Assembly (NCBI GenBank): GCA_012295275.1 | Contig: CM022676.1 | Location: 12,152,001 to 12,216,000 of the forward strand | Source: Chrysomallon squamiferum | Lineage: Eukaryota; Animalia; Mollusca | Length of the DNA stretch: 64,000 nt | Direction: 5' to 3' | In this document: one piece after another, positions 24,743 to 38,124 of the stretch | Position numbering within the stretch: position 1 is the first letter of the stretch | Layout of the letters: every line of letters begins with the position of its first letter | Translations under genes and position numbers: made by a program | The notes under the pieces: generated by a model | Databases searched by the model: none | What the model saw: the letters and a program-made list of their open reading frames with translations, nothing else | What the model was told of the DNA's origin: nothing

Positions 24743-27700
24743 GTATGTATTTATCACAGATGTGTTTAAAAGCTCTGTTAGACGAGTGTACACATTCTCC
24801 ACCTCCAGACGCATTTTGTCGAATTCACACAACTGACGACGGAGAGCGGCGAGAGATTTACTTCACTGACCCTGACTTCAAGGTGAGAAATTTGCTTCAG
24901 AAAGAAGAATTCAGTAATTTTATTAATACTTGGTTGTTTTTTCTCCTCATAATAATAATAGTAAAGATGATGATAAATAGTAATAGTAATATGATAATGA
25001 TGATAGCACATTAAAACTGAGCTTTTGAACTTATCTTCATCGTTATGATTACTACAACTGTTGATACTATAACTACTACAACTGCTACAACTATCACTAC
25101 TAATACTACAACTATTTCTGCTGCGACTACTGATACTTCTTACTACAACAACAAATATTACTACGTCTATGATGATAATTCTAATACTGTCACTGCTGTT
25201 TAGGGTTTTATACGAGTTCAGTGTTACGAGATGTGTGTTGTTGAGTTTCACACAAACTGCTGGAAAGAGTACAAGTGTGGAGGGAAGATGTCAGACAAGG
25301 TAACTATCTTGTTTTTAGATTTTACTGTGAAAACAGTTACATATTAAAAATTAAATACTGCTGCTACAGACTCATAAATAGTGTAGTCAGTGAGTAGACA
25401 AACTGTAGACAGTGTCTGGTTAATGAGTAGACAGATGTTTGTTCACACAATCTAGTTAATAAATAGAATTATAGATAGTTATAGTCTTTTTAATGAATAG
25501 GCGTTTTGTAGACACTGACTTGTTTGAAGTAGACACCTCTGTAGACAGTTTGTTGTTAATGAGTAGACAAACATTTGTAGATGGTGTTAATTAGTAAACA
25601 GACTTCTGTAGATGGTGTCTAATTAATGATTAATTAGACTGTATCCAGTTAATGAGTAGAATTTTGTCCAATACATGATAGGTATTTGATTTATGAATTT
25701 TTATATTAAGAATTATTCTGATAGTGTCTGATTATATCTAATTCATGAATGGTTAGTGTCTATAATATGAAATGAGTCTAATTCTTGAACATATGTATTA
25801 ACTCTGTCTAATGTGGTAATGTTTCGTGCACAGACATGTCTAATACAGTAGTTCTGTCTAAAGATGTATCGTTGTTTCAGGACATGTTAGACACATCGTG
25901 TCCCACACCAGACTGTTCATCTGTGATCCGTAAAATTAGCATCTACCGTCACATCAGCGATGAACCCAAACAGGTGAGACATCTGTGTGTGTTACTTTTT
26001 ACATTCTGTTCTTAACATGTTAAACTTCACAGACTTTGATTAAATATTGTCAGATTATAATGTGAAATCTTTTATTATTTATATTCTTTTCTTTTCTTCT
26101 TTTTCTTCTTCTACTTCTTATTTTTTATTGATTTATAGACATGTTCTGTTAATATTTTTATATTACCTAAGATGTTCCATCTGCTTTACATTATATAAAT
26201 TACATTTTCAGTGATGCTTTGGTATTAACTATGACAGAAATTTCAGGCATCAAGAGTAGTTACATCATTATTCTGTTTCTGCTGATTTAATGTGTATTAT
26301 TAGTATTACTGTTAATTATAACTGTGTTTGTGTTTTTGTTTCAGCTGAAGTCAGAGAAACCTCCACCAAAACAAAAAAAGAAAAATATGGGAACATTTAA
26401 AACGCAACTGTCAAAGTAAGTTTTTAGTTTAAATATTACAACAGCACTTTCAAAATAACTTTTTAATTTAAATATTAAAACATCACTGTCAAAGTAAGTT
26501 TTTATTTTAAATATTAAAACATTACTTGAAAATAGCTTTTTAATTTAAATATTAAAACACCACTGATAAAGCAAATTTTTAATTTAAATATTAAAATGTC
26601 ACTGTAATAGTAAGTTTATAATTTAAATATTAAAATTTAGCTGATAAATTTGAAAACACCAGCATCAAAGTTACTTTATTTGGAAAATATTAAAATTTAA
26701 ATTGCTGTCAAGATGAGTGAAATTTTACATAATAAAAATAGTTTTTAATTGTTGTTTCAAAGGCTGTGCTATGCTAAGAGAATATACATGTCAAAGTTCC
26801 CTTTGAAATGATTACAGAGGCTCTGAACGAGTAGACATTAGTAAACAGTGTCTACTTAATGAGTTCACAATGTCTACTTAATGAATAGATTAATGGCCTG
26901 TAGACTGATTAGTTACAGATATCTTATTTCTGTTGGTAACACATTCTGTCAGGGAGGCTACTAGTCATGTACTTGATTTTCTACATAGTTCTATTTTCAT
27001 TTGTCTGTTTATATGTTTTTATATGTTTGTAATTTAAATTTTTTTTATTTATTTGTTCTTTTCTTTTATTTTATTTTTTTTATTTTTTATTTTTTGTGTA
27101 TTTTGATATAATTTACATTTAATTTTATATAGTTATACATTTATATATTTACATAATATATTATTAGACTTTAATATGTTAATGTTTATATGTTTCTATT
27201 TTTATATACAGTTTTCTTATATTTTATATTTCATACTAATGTATTTTTCTGTTTTTCTGTTTTTCTGTTTTAACGTTTTCATATTAATTGATCTTTATAT
27301 TTTTACATATTTATGTTAACATATCTTTGTATTTTTATTATTTTTTTAAATGTTTGTTTTCGTTTTTTTTGTATTCCAGTGAGATGAAAATATCAAGACG
27401 AGCAGAAAAGAAGCAGATACGAAAACAAAAAAAATATGAAGCGAGGCTGTTAAGAACAGAATTGGAACAACAAGAACAACAGCAGCAGCAACAACACCAC
27501 CACCAACAACAACAACACCACCAACAACAAAATGTATTGACAGAGAAAAACCAGAACAACAGTGGAAACCAGCTATTCCGAGAAGCCACTGATCAGCGTA
27601 AATATTGTATAATTTATGTATTGTTAAATATAAATGTTGTATAATTCATATATTGTTAAATGTAAATGTATAATTTATATGTTGTTAAATGTAAATGTAT

Positions 27701-30700
27701 AATTTATATATTGTTAAATGTAAATGTTGTATAATTCATATATTGTTAAATGTAAATGTATAATTTATATGTTGTTAAATGTAAATGTATAATTTATGTT
27801 GTTAAACATAAATGTTGTATAATTTATATGTTGTTAAATGTAAATGCATCATTTATATATTGTTAAACATAAATGTTGTATAATTTATGTTAAATGTAAA
27901 TGTTCTATAATTTACATGTTAAACATGTCATATAATTCATATATTATATTGTGATAAATGTAAATATTTTATTGTTTAAATATTGTATTGTAATAAATGT
28001 AAATATTGTATTATTTATATATTGCAATGTTTTGCAATAAACATTAAAATTGTATTATTTGTATAATGCATTGTGATAAAGGTAAACACTGTTTAATTTA
28101 TATATTGTATTGTGATAAATATAAATATTGTATTTATATATTGTATTGTGATATATATTGTATGTGATAAATGTAAACACTGTTTAATTTATATATTGTA
28201 TTGTGATAAATATAAATATTGTATTTATATATTGTATTGTGATATATATTGTATGTGATAAATGTAAATATCAGTTATTCATTATATTAGAGTAAATATA
28301 TAATTGTATAATTATATATAAATATAGCATTACATGTAAATATATAATTGTATAATTATATATAAATATAGCATTACATGTAAATATATGATGAGTAAAA
28401 AAACTGAAGTGATTTTGTTTGTGTTACAGCAAATCTTGACGAGTTGGATAACACAAACATGACAGTGTTGAAGAAAGAAGATGAACTTCCCAGTTCTAAA
28501 GTAAATCTTACATTTTGTTCTGTTCTGTTTCTAAAATTACATCTGTTTCACTTCAAACTGATTGTTTTTCTGTTTCTTGTTAATCTTTATCTATAAAAAT
28601 AAAAAAAATAATAAAATAAAAAATAAATTATGCTAACAACATCTTAAATAACGTTTGTGTTTGTTCAACAGTTACATTCTTACTGCTGTTGAGAATTTCT
28701 TTTCTTTTCTTTTTTCCCTTTTTTAAATTATTTTTTCTTCTTCATAATTTTTAATTTTTTAAATTAATTTATTTAGATGAAGGCTAAGAAGACAAAGAAG
28801 AAGAAAGAGAAAAGTAAGATGTATGTACCAGTGGAGGTGAACTTTACAGACAAGAAGGAAACTCAGCTAGAGAGTGAATTCACCATCTCCGACGATGACG
28901 ATGAATCGAGGTAAACACAGAAAACTGTAAACATACAAACACAGACACATCTTCAGCTAAACATACAAACACAAACACATCTTCAGTTAAACATACAAAC
29001 ACAAACACATCTTCAGTTAAACATACAAACACAAACACATCTTCAGTTAAATATACAAACACAAACACATCTTCAGTTAAACATACAAACACAAACACAT
29101 CTTCAGTTAAACATACAAACACATCCTCAGTTAAACATACAAACACAAACACATCTTCAGTTAAACATACAAACACATCCTCAATTAAACATACAAACAA
29201 ACAAACTTCACAAACATCTTCTTCAGTTAAACATACAAACACAAACACATCTTCAAAACATACAAACACACACACATCTTCAGTTAAACATACAAACACA
29301 CACACATCTTCAGTTAAATATACAAACACATCCTCAGTTAAACAAAAACACAAACACATCTTCAGTTAAACATACAAACACAAACACATCTTCACATACA
29401 AACACATCTTCAGTTAAACATACAAACACATCCTCAAAAACATACAAACACAAACACATCTTCAGTTAAACATACAAACACATCCTCAGTTAAACATACA
29501 AACACAAACACATCTTCAGTTAAACATACAAACACATCCTCAGTTAAACATACAAACACAAACACATCTTCAGTTAAACATACAAACACAAACACATCTT
29601 CAGTTAAACATACAAACACAAACACATCTTCAGTTAAACATACAAACACACACACATCTTCAGTTAAACATACAAACACACACACATCTTCAGTTAAATA
29701 TACAAACACATCCTCAGTTAAACATACAAACACAAACACATCTTCAGTTAAACATACAAACACAAACACATCTTCAGTTAAACATACAAACACATCTTCA
29801 GTTAAACATACAAACACAAACACATCTTCAGTCAAATATACAAACACAAAGATATCTTCAGTTAAATATACAAACACAAACACATCTTCAGTTAAACATA
29901 CAAACACAAACACATCTTCAGTTAAACATACAAACACATCCTCAGTTAAACATACAAACACAAACACATCTTCAGTTAAACATACAAACACAAACATCTT
30001 CAGTTAAACATACAAACACAAACATCTTCAGTTAAACATACAAACACAAACACATCTTCAGTTAAACATACAAACACAAACATATCTTCAGTTAAACATA
30101 CAAACACAAACACATCTTCAGTTAAACATACAAACACAAACACATCTTCAGTTAAACATACAAACACATCCTCAGTTAAACATACAAACACAAACACATC
30201 TTCAGTTAAATATACAAACACATCCTCAGTTAAACATACAAACACAAACATCTTCAGTTAAACATACAAACACAGACACATCTTCAGTCAAATATACAGA
30301 CACATGTTCAGTTAAATGTACAAACAAAAACAAATCTTCACTTAAACATACAAACACAAACACATCTTCAGTTAAACATACAAACACATCTTCAGTTAAA
30401 TGTACAAACAAAAACAAATCTTCACTTAAACATACAAACACAAACACATCTTCAGTTAAATGTTCAAACACAAAGTTTCAGTTAAATGTACAAACACAAA
30501 CAAATCTTTAGTTAAACATACAAACATTTCTTCAGTTAAATATACAAACACAAACAAATCATCAGTTAAACATACAAACACAAACACATCTTCACTTAAA
30601 CATACAAACACAGATACATCTTCAGTCAAATATACAAAAACAAACACATCTTCAGTTAAATATACAAACACAAACACATCTTCATTTAAACATACAAACA

Positions 30701-33700
30701 CAAACACATCTTCAGTTAAACGTACAAACACAAACACATCTTCAGTCAAATATACAAACACAAACACATCTTCAGTTAAACATACAAACACAAACACATC
30801 TTCAGTTAAACGTACAAACAAACACATCTTCAGTCAAATATACAAAAACAAACATCTTCAATTAAACATACAAACACAAACACATCTTCAGTCAAATATA
30901 CAAAAACAAACATCTTCAATTAAACATAGAAACCTATCTTCAGTTTATTCTTTTATCTCTTTCTGTTTATCAGTTTGTCTCTGGAATATGTTGGTCATTT
31001 TGTATCTTCAATTTTATCCATTGTTTCTATCATTCTGTCCATCTTTCCTAATTATAATCTCTGTCTCTGTCTGTGTCTCTGTCTTTCTCTTTGTCTCTGT
31101 CTGACTCTCTGTGTCACTGTGTCTGTCTGTCTCTATGTCTGTAATTATCTTACTGTGTATTTAATCAATCCTTGTTTCTCTATTTTCTTTCTTTCTTTCT
31201 TTCTTTTTTTATATATACAGGGTGTCCCAGAAGTCACGCACCATGAAGATTTTTATTTAGATACACATAAATTAGTAGCGAAACCCTCAACAGAGTAACT
31301 AAACAGTTTTATAAAGAGAATTGAAGTATGTATCAATGCAGAGGGCAAGCAATTTGAGCATTTGTTATGATTATTATTAATAAAAATTTTATTCATATGT
31401 ATCTAAATAAAAATCTTCATGGTGCGTGACTTCTGGGACACCCTGTATATCAATTTATTTATTTGATTATTTATATATCAGTTTATTTATTTATATATCA
31501 ATTTATTTATTTGTTTATTTATATATCAATTTATTTATTTGTTTATTTATATATCAATTTATTTATTTATTTGCTTATTTATATATCAATTTATTTATTT
31601 GCTTATTTATATATCAATTTATTTATTTTTTTATTTATATATCAATTTATTTATTTATTTATATATCAATTTATTTATTTGTTTGTTTGTTTGTTTGTTT
31701 GTTTCTGCAGACAGATGGTTGATGTGCAGTGTGGACCGTTTGCTGTTCCCATGTCTCTTGTAGATCAGGTGTCAAGTCTGGAGCCTCAGTATGACGAAGA
31801 TTTCCACCTGCAGAAGAATGAAGTCGCTCAGAACCTGTTTGTGTAAGATTCTTCATTTTAGCTTTTGTATCTGACGCTCAAAGATTTAATTTTACTGGAG
31901 ACTTTTAGTCTTTCTACCAGTATTTCATAATTGTTTTACCATTGTTTCATTGTTAGCAAGTCTTTCATTATTGTTAATTACCTTTTTTTTTATCAACTGT
32001 CATTTTATAATTTATTTTTGTTATTATTTTACATTATTTTATCATTGTTGATCACTGTTTTATCACTTTAAATAAAAAGTTAAATTTATGCAAGATTTTG
32101 TAGAAAGCAGGCATAAACCACATTCTGTCAGTGATGCTTCAGTCATTATTTCTTTAAAATATCAAACACAAAAATATCAAACAAACAAAAAAAGCTCCTT
32201 ATTTGTAATATTTATAAATTATAACGTGTGTGTTTTTATTCAGATACTTTGAGGAGCTGTTGACAGAGCATGGACCTCAGGAATTTGATTCTCCGATTCT
32301 GAAGCGAGAGCTGGAGGACTTCCCCGATGAGGCGAGATCAGTCATAGAAAAGTGTAACGGACTTCGAGGATTCTTCCAGAGGTCACACAGGTTCGGAATC
32401 ATGGATAACTATGTGTGTGTTCTCAAGGACTGCGGCAAAGTGAGACAGTTATCAAAATATAAAAAACATCCACTTTTACCCAACCCCCAGTTCCACCCAC
32501 AGACTACTGGTGGATTATTACCCACTCCTCCAAATGTACTTCATGCTGGATATTCAGGTGCATATCAAACATTTGGTTCTAGTGGTTTGTTAGGTTCTCG
32601 TGCAAATGTAGGTTCTCATGCAAATGTAGGTTCATCTGGAATTTTAAATTCTTCAACACTTTTAGGTTCTTGTGGAACATTAGCTTCTTCTAAAATAAAT
32701 AGTTCTACTGAAACGTTATGTTTGGCTGATGGTGAGAACATTACAGAAAGTAAAAAATCATCATTAGAGAGTTCTCATAGTTCAGCGATACCGCCTAAAA
32801 AGCCTCTTAATCCTTTGTCAAAAGCTAAAACAAACATGCCTAAACCACTGTCATCTTTAATAGAAATCTCAGCCAGAGACTCAGTTATAAGTGATTCTGT
32901 TATAAAAAGTGTAACGACTGACTCGGTTAGTAAAAACGTAACAAGTGACTCAATTATAAAAAGTTTAGCTAGTCAGTCAATTATAAATAGTGTAACCAGT
33001 GAGCCCGTTATCAGCATTATGAATACTGAAGCTAATATGTCTGATAAAAGAACTAACCTGAATCCTTCAGCTGAAGAGTTTAAACCATCAGGTGTTAATA
33101 TGGATCCTGCAAGTATTGATGTAGGTGATGTAGATAATGATAGTGTTGATGTAGATTATGATGAACTGGTTCAGTTCACTCTGAAAGGTGCTCGTCCTAA
33201 GACTGGCAGTTACAACACACTGGACGACTTCTCTCTTCCACCGTCTGCTGTGACAAAACAGAGCCGCAAAACAAAGAACAAAGACAAAGGAGAACACAAC
33301 AGAAAAATCGACTTTAACAGCATCGATGACATTGACGACATCCAGCTGTCAGAATCAGGTGAAGCTGTGAGAAGAGAAAATGGCAAAACTGAGTTGAGTG
33401 TTGATTTCACCCAGACTGGAAGTAAAACCGATTCTACTTCTGAGCGATGGTCGGAACACGACCACTGGGATGACGTTGATGACGTCTCAGACACAAATTC
33501 AATGAAGGAGATGGGAAAGTTCAGTGAGGGTGACCGGGTTGTCGGCTGGGCAGTTCAGGGAGCTTCTAAGACTGAAATCTCCAACAGTCGCAGCAGCTCC
33601 CGTTCTTCCAACCTGAGTGAGCTGAATGCTGATCCTCTGTTCAGAACATCGTCACCCGCAGCACTCCCCTCCAGCTCTGCCAGCTGTTCCCCTACACCTT

Positions 33701-36036
33701 TGAAATCAATTTCTTCACTAGCGTCTAGGGAACTCATCCACAAAAAGACTGTCTCCTGATATTGTTTTGCAAGGATTTCCGAACCAGTTTAAGACATCAC
33801 CATCATCATCATCATCATCGTTTTCATCAGAAAAGAAATCAGTTTCTGCAGCTTGCAACATCAGTGAATCTGGACTAGCCACAAAGACCGCTTACATTTC
33901 ACCTGCAGTACAAAACACATCCTCAGTTAAACAGTTACCAGCTTTTCCCAATCCACCCTACCCTCTCTCTGCATTATCTAATTCAGCTGAAAAACTTCTA
34001 CACTCAGATGCAGTTAGAAAGCCCACCATCACAGAATTCACGACAAACACAAGTTTGAATTTCACACCACAAACCAGCAGTGAATGGACACCAGGCAACA
34101 GTACATATAATTTACATGATGAGGAATACTCTCTGTCCAGTTTAGGACAGAGTGACATCTTGACCCGGTGGTCAGCAGGTTTTGACAGCTGTGTAAAGAA
34201 GTCGTCAGGGTTTGACTACCAGTCAGCTGCAGCTCGTGGAGGTCTACACACAGGACTCCCAAACAGCGAGTGGGCAAGAAACAAGGTGACGAATGAGGCA
34301 GAGACGCAGACAGAGGTGGGCGTGATGTCAGTGGAAACAAACACTGACCTCAACCTGGACATGCTGATTGGACACTGCAAAACACTGGAGGTGAAACAGA
34401 AATACATGGAAGATGAAAAAAGTCATCTTCAGGTGAGTGATCTGTCACAGCTGAATAATGTTACGAATTTGAACATGTTGTTTAATATGGACATCTTAGT
34501 TAATCTTTTTTAATGTTAGTTTTTCTCTCTTTTGTCTTGTTAACTATTGTTTCTGTCTGGATATACTGCTTTATAATTTTTATTTCAGTTGTCAGACCAA
34601 TGACAGAAGTAAACGAAGTGTCAGTAATTTCACTTTCAGACAAATGATAGAAATTAAAGAAGTGTCAGTAATTTCACTTTCAGGTGTTGTGCAGTCAGTG
34701 GATGAGTGAGAAAATAAGTCTGCAGCAGAAAATATCCCAGCTAGAACAGCAGTCAGTTTTACACTGTGAACAGATAGAGCAGTAAGTGTCTACATAGCAG
34801 TGTCAGTCTGCAGTCAGTTATAATGTAGCAGTGTCAGTCTGCACACAGAATGTAGCAGTGTCAGTCTGCAGTCAGTCAGAATGTAGCAGTGTCAGTCTGC
34901 AGTCAGTTATAATATAGCAGTGTCAGTCTACTATTGTCAGAATATAGAAGTCTGTATTTGGAGTACAGCAGTTGGAATATAGCAGTGTCAGTCTGTAGTC
35001 AGTTATAATGTAGCAGTGTCAGTCTGCAGTCAGTCAGAATGTAGCAGTGTCAGTCTGCAGTCAGTTATAATATAGCAGTGTCAGTCTACTATTGTCAGAA
35101 TATAGAAGTCTGTATTTGGAGTACAGCAGTTGGAATATAGCCGTGTCAATCTGTAGTCAGTTATAATGTAGCAGTGTCAGTCTGCAGTCAGTCAGAATGT
35201 AGCAGTGTCAGTCTGCAGTCAGTTATAATATAGCAGTGTCAGTCTACTATTGTCAGAATATAGAAGTCTGTATTTGGAGTACAGCAGTTGGAATATAGCA
35301 GTGTCAGTGTGTAGTCAGTTATAATGTAGCAGTGTCAGTCTACTATTGTCAGAATATAGAAGTCTGTATTCAGAGTACTGCAGTTGGAATATAGCAGTGT
35401 CAGTGTGTAGTCAGTTATAATGTAGCAGTGTCAGTCTACTATTGTCAGAATATAGCAGTCTGTATTCAGAGTACTGCAGTTGGAATATAGCAGTGTCAGT
35501 GTGTAGTCAGTTATAATGTAGCAGTGTCAGTCTACTATTGTCAGAATATAGAAGTCTGTATTTGGAGTACTGCAGTTGGAATATAGCAGTGTCAGTGTGT
35601 AGTCAGTATATGTCAGTAGTAGTCTATTCTGCAAATTTTACACACACTGTAATATGTGAATACAAACAGCAACTGATCTGCTTTTAAAGCTGTCGGCTAA
35701 ATACAGAGTTAGACATTTTGTTTTGTATGTGCAAAAACCATTAAGTGTCTTTTGTTAGCTTTTATTCTTACTGAAAGTTTTAACAGGAGAGAATTGTATC
35801 TATATCTATATTTTTATTTATTTCAGACTTAGCAAGGATTTGAAATTACAGAAGGAAAACTGTGAAATTCTCCTACAGCAGCAGCAGAATGACAGGTTTT
35901 CTCATACTTCTACTCTTTGTGGAGACATATCATGTTCTTTTTCTCCTTAAAATTATAACGATCATTATCTGTTATCAGTCATCCCCAATTTCAAAAATGT
36001 AATGGGTTTGATTGCTTTTTCTTTTCTTTTTCCACA

Positions 36037-36079
<43 letters not shown>

Positions 36080-38079
36080 TAGATAGATAGATAGATAGAT
36101 ATACATATTTTATAATTTTATTATTTTATTTTTTTATTTTTTTATTTTACTTATAAATCATAACTTGCCTTATGACACACATCTGTTTTCTTTAACTTGT
36201 GTATATGTTACCAGTTCATCATCTGTTTCATTACATGCAGGCTGTTTTTGGTCTGTCACTTAGGATTTAGGATCAGGGACAGTTTACCTGTATTAAGTTT
36301 TTATTTGTTTTTGTTAATACCTGCCCTTTCATTCTTTTTCTTCTTTTATTCTTCTTTCTTCTCTTTCTTTTCTTCTTTCTTCTCTTTCTTATTATTATTT
36401 TAATTTTCCTCTTTTCTTGTAAGATAATTTATTTTTTCTTGATTGTTGTTTTATCGTTGTTGAGGTTATTTGTAAGGGTACATTTGTATTTAAGATTATT
36501 TAATTGACCCTTAATGAAATCACCACTTTTCTGTAATTATTATTTATTTATTATTGTATTTTTATAGCTACAAGACTGAAGAAAAACAGAAACAGTTAGA
36601 TGCTGAAACTGAAAGAGCAAAAAATGCTGAGGTATTTTATTATTAGTATCATCATCATTATCATCTTCATTTTCATTGACATTATCTTTATTACATCATT
36701 ATTATATTTATTATTATTATTATGATTATTATTATCTTGATTATTATTGTCACATCATTTTTATCTTGTTTTTTTTTTTCATTTTAGTTTTTAAAATGTG
36801 TATTTTTATTATTGGTGTTGTTAATGTTTTGGTAATTCAATAAAAAAAATTAGGAGTCTTTACTAGTTGTTTTAGATATATCAGGGTTATCAAGGACAAG
36901 AGTACTTGCAGAACAGCAGCAATGTAAGTTAGTGTTTGGTTGTCAGCTGAGTATAATTAAAAAATTGAGTATCAGTTTGTCTCAAATTGCAGATTGAAGT
37001 TTTGAAGCTCAGACTTCAGTTGAATCTGCAGGAAGTAAGCAAGATCAAACAAGACGTTGCTTTTCATCAACACAATCTCAACACATTTGTCTCAAAGTAA
37101 GTTTAACATCAACACATTTGTCTCAAAGTAAGTTTAACATCAACACATTTGTCTCAAAGTAAGTTTAACATCAACACATTTGTCTCAAAGTAAGTTTAAC
37201 ATCAACACATTTGTCTCAAAGTAAGTTTAACATCAACACATTTGTTCTTAAAGTAACACTGACATCAACACATTTGCCTTAGTTTAATATCAACAATACT
37301 TAACAAATTCATTCTTCTATCACTGATACAGTCCTAACACTTTATTTTTGAAGTCACTTTTTTATCACCATGTCATTCATGACTTCATGTTAAACACTCT
37401 TTCAATGTACATGTATATTTTTTATTATTATTATTATTATCTGTTTTCTTTTGATCACTGTCTTAGCAGAGGCTTATGACCATCAAACAGTAGTTTATTG
37501 TATTGTAAGTACACAGTGTCCAGATACTGAACCAGTGAAATCAACTCACTGGACACTGGTAATTTTGTTCAGAGTCAAGTTAAAATTGAGGCTCAGTTGC
37601 AGTCAGTAACGACTACTTCCAAAGTGCGTTGTTATATTACTCTTCTTACAGTGTAATAAAACTAATGTTTCTTCTAGATGTCTGAACAAAAACAGTGAAG
37701 TGCCCTCACATGCCAGACAGGCTCTGGCACACTGTAAACAGGTCATAGCCAAGTGTGACCTCAAACAAACTGAGCTGAAGGTTTGTTTATTACAAATATT
37801 TAACACTTCTGTAAACTTAGCTAATATGTTATACACACACATACAGAGTATGAGGAGAGACTGGCATGTTTGAAGTCAGTGTGTGTGTGTGTATGTGTTT
37901 CATTACAAAGATATGTTTTATTTCAGAGAATGTGAGTAGAGACTGGCATGTTTGAAGTCAGTGTGTGTGTGTGTGTGTGTGTTGGTTTCATTACAAAGAT
38001 ATGTTTTATTTCAGAGAGAATGTGAGTAGAGACTGGCATGTTTGAAGTAAGGTGTGTCTGTCTGTGTCTGTGTCTGTGT

Positions 38080-38124
<45 letters not shown>

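Noticed and set aside
23929-24836. Multiple MYVC/YIHT-rich ORFs
   Set aside because: Translations of a (TATG)n microsatellite inside a TTC3 intron.
28880-31104. Long [10 protein letters not shown] / [10 protein letters not shown] repeat ORFs
   Set aside because: Products of the 30/24-bp minisatellite; repeatedly broken by frameshifts, and the flanking exons join in phase without them.
33757-33759. TGA read-through or selenocysteine
   Set aside because: The downstream coding sequence is in a different frame, so read-through would not help.
33751-33773. 23-nt GT..AG micro-intron as a fix for the frameshift
   Set aside because: Too short for a typical metazoan spliceosomal intron, weak donor, and it does not restore the phase.
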